DNA from: Ramazzottius varieornatus
Taxonomy: Eukaryota > Animalia > Tardigrada
DNA: 64,000 bases
Direction of reading: 5' to 3'
NCBI GenBank assembly: GCA_001949185.1
Contig: BDGG01000002.1
Coordinates: 1,085,481 to 1,149,480, forward strand
Numbering within the stretch: the first letter of the stretch is position 1; each line of letters starts with the position of its first letter. Positions 62,098 to 64,000 of the stretch are shown in pieces. Position numbers and translations under genes: made by a program. Below the pieces are notes generated by a model. The model made no database searches. It saw only the letters and a program-made list of their open reading frames with translations, and had not been told where the DNA came from.

Positions 62098-63553
62098 CCA
62101 TGCCGGGTAAATTATAATAACGAAAAAATGACCGTGTATTTTAAAGCCAAAATTTTCATAAATCGGGGAAACTTTTGCATGAGTTTTCGCATGTGAATAA
62201 TGGTTTTTCTGAAGTATGTCACCGACGGCCAGTGCCGTCGGTGACATTTCTGTATGGCCAAATAACGGGGTGTTAAAAAGAACATTATTCTCAGTCGGCG
62301 CTTCTACAGCTGGCATTACGTTTTATGTTTTGCTTATTTAAGATTTGATATATATGACATTTAAATTAAATCTTAAGGGAGTTGGCTTCGTGATGGCCGA
62401 CTTACTGTGTCCTTTCTCTACAGTCATATGCATGTTAATCCGATAGGAATGCCGAACCTGAGAGGGAATCCACACAGATGGACCCCTCTGCCGGTTTCCC
62501 GTGTGCGGCACACAAACACCTTGGATTGCATAAATGGATGACACCTCGTTTCTGTACGAACAGGATGATGTACCTGCTTTCAATGGAGCATGATGGATGA
62601 ATATTGCTGCCTATTGCGCGATATGGCGGTTCGATCAGTCAACTTCCGTTTGTCTTACACTTTACAGTCCCTGAGGCCGCATCAGCCTCAAGTGTCTCAC
62701 CTAATCGTCAATCGGAACTGCATCCTCTCCAGCTTGCTCCAGCGCGTCCTTGTTTTTGCGCTCTCCGGACAAAGTGGATAGGAAAGGCAGTCACGTGCCT
62801 CCAATAATCGACGACAGCTTACCGGCTAAAGCGGCGCAAAGTGTGACCCGTACAATTTAATCGGATTGAGCCCGTGCTTGTCTGCACCGACTGGCGTGTG
62901 ACGCTAGGGAAGAAAGAGGAGAAAGGATGCCCCATGCTAAGCCGATAACACCTTGACTAACAGATAACCTGCTGCGCATCACTACCGCCCAATAATTGCC
63001 GCACATCGCAACCCCATCACCGATTGCAACCTACTGATGTGTGTATCATCCTAGGGCTTTTGTACCGCGATGATTGCTTTGTCGATATAACAAGTTGTGC
63101 CTTTTGTGATTTTTAACGCTGCTGTGTACACCACCTTGTAGAACATGCTGGAGACGGAGCAGTGGCTTTCACGACGAAAATGTCTGTAAACAGTAGCGAT
63201 CTGACGCGGAAGTGAATAGCTCTGAAGGCAGTCATATTTCTGATGAGCTGGTTGAAATTATGGGATGCATATGGTGAAGACAGTTGGTTGAATGGGTGAA
63301 AGAAGGGATAATGGGCGAAAATGACAGCCAGAAGCTCTTTTCTCGGGTCACTCGTTAACTGATTGCAGAACAAGGCGTAATTATCCTTGATACTGTAATT
63401 AAATCGCGACGATCTACCCCGCCCACGCAGCGCCCCCTTGGGAGGCTCAGTTGGTAAAATTAAGTCGGGCAAATTCGATCAATTTCCGTTGTATCGAGTC
63501 GGGACAGACTCAGTCCATATTTTTTCGACCAGTATAACCAGTCGCCTAAAATC

Positions 63554-63627
63554 GTCGCCTTAAATTCTCACTACAACCATCCTCGATTGAAGGATCAAGG
63601 ATAGTTGTAGTGAGAAAATAAGGCGAC
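63554..63627. repeat. 74-bp hairpin (34-bp stem, 6-nt loop)
   Basis: GTCGCCTTAAATTCTCACTACAACCATCCTCGAT-TGAAGG-ATCAAGGATAGTTGTAGTGAGAAAATAAGGCGAC, 4 mismatches. Confidence 0.8.
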
Positions 63628-64000
63628 CCTGTTACCTATTACCAGAGAAGGGGAATGAGTTTCGCACAGCCATAAAATACAGCGGAGTCTGTATATTGCT
63701 GCCTGTCGAAATTCAAACATATTTGTTAACCAGAAACCAAGTTCTTGCTACTGCATGGATCATTCAACCATGACCGCCGAGACGTTCGTCTTTCTGACTG
63801 ATGTCTGCCGTCAGACGTTAGTACACCATTAGAAAAAAGGCCTAACTTTGTGCTGCCATCTGTCGCACCACCCAGTCAACCCTACAATCTGTTTAAGTCA
63901 AGTTGGCTGGATGGGAATGTTTTACCCAGCGTATGGACTCTTGGTCCACTTTGCCATTAATATAGTTCTGATCAGCCTTCTTACATCTGGCTCGGTTGAT

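Noticed and set aside
63580-63615. Resemblance of the hairpin arm (GAGGAUGGUUGUAG on the minus strand) to let-7
   Set aside because: The let-7 seed GAGGUAG is not present; the match is partial.

Overview
This is eukaryotic (metazoan) genomic DNA with short GT-AG introns. Gene content and compactness suggest a tardigrade such as Ramazzottius, which is an inference I cannot prove from the sequence. Intron-containing genes, in order: INF2-type formin (+), a natriuretic-peptide-receptor-like membrane protein with no kinase or cyclase domain (+), a probably broken gustatory-receptor-like ORF (-), an arylsulfatase B/I/J-like gene with a Ser/Thr/Gly-Asn N-terminal extension (+), TRPA1 (+), ERGIC1 (-) head-to-head with SMC1 (+), and an Nkx2.1/scarecrow homeobox gene (-). 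Mobile DNA: an apparently intact DD35D pogo-type transposon with perfect 29-bp TIRs and TA TSDs, possibly nested in an older Tc1-like element; an internally deleted pogo-like element; a mariner/maT transposase relic; and a 196-bp Tc1-type MITE. The most striking unexplained structure is a dispersed palindromic element, CAAGTGGCGCA-N27-TGCGCCACTTG. I measured 28 copies by hand. The arms and spacer length are conserved while the spacer sequence diverges. Copies often occur as ~82-bp tandem pairs with the spacer in either orientation, 20 of 28 lie in introns of the conserved genes, none lie in exons, and I found none between ~6.1 and 32.2 kb. All exon boundaries and counts were read by eye.
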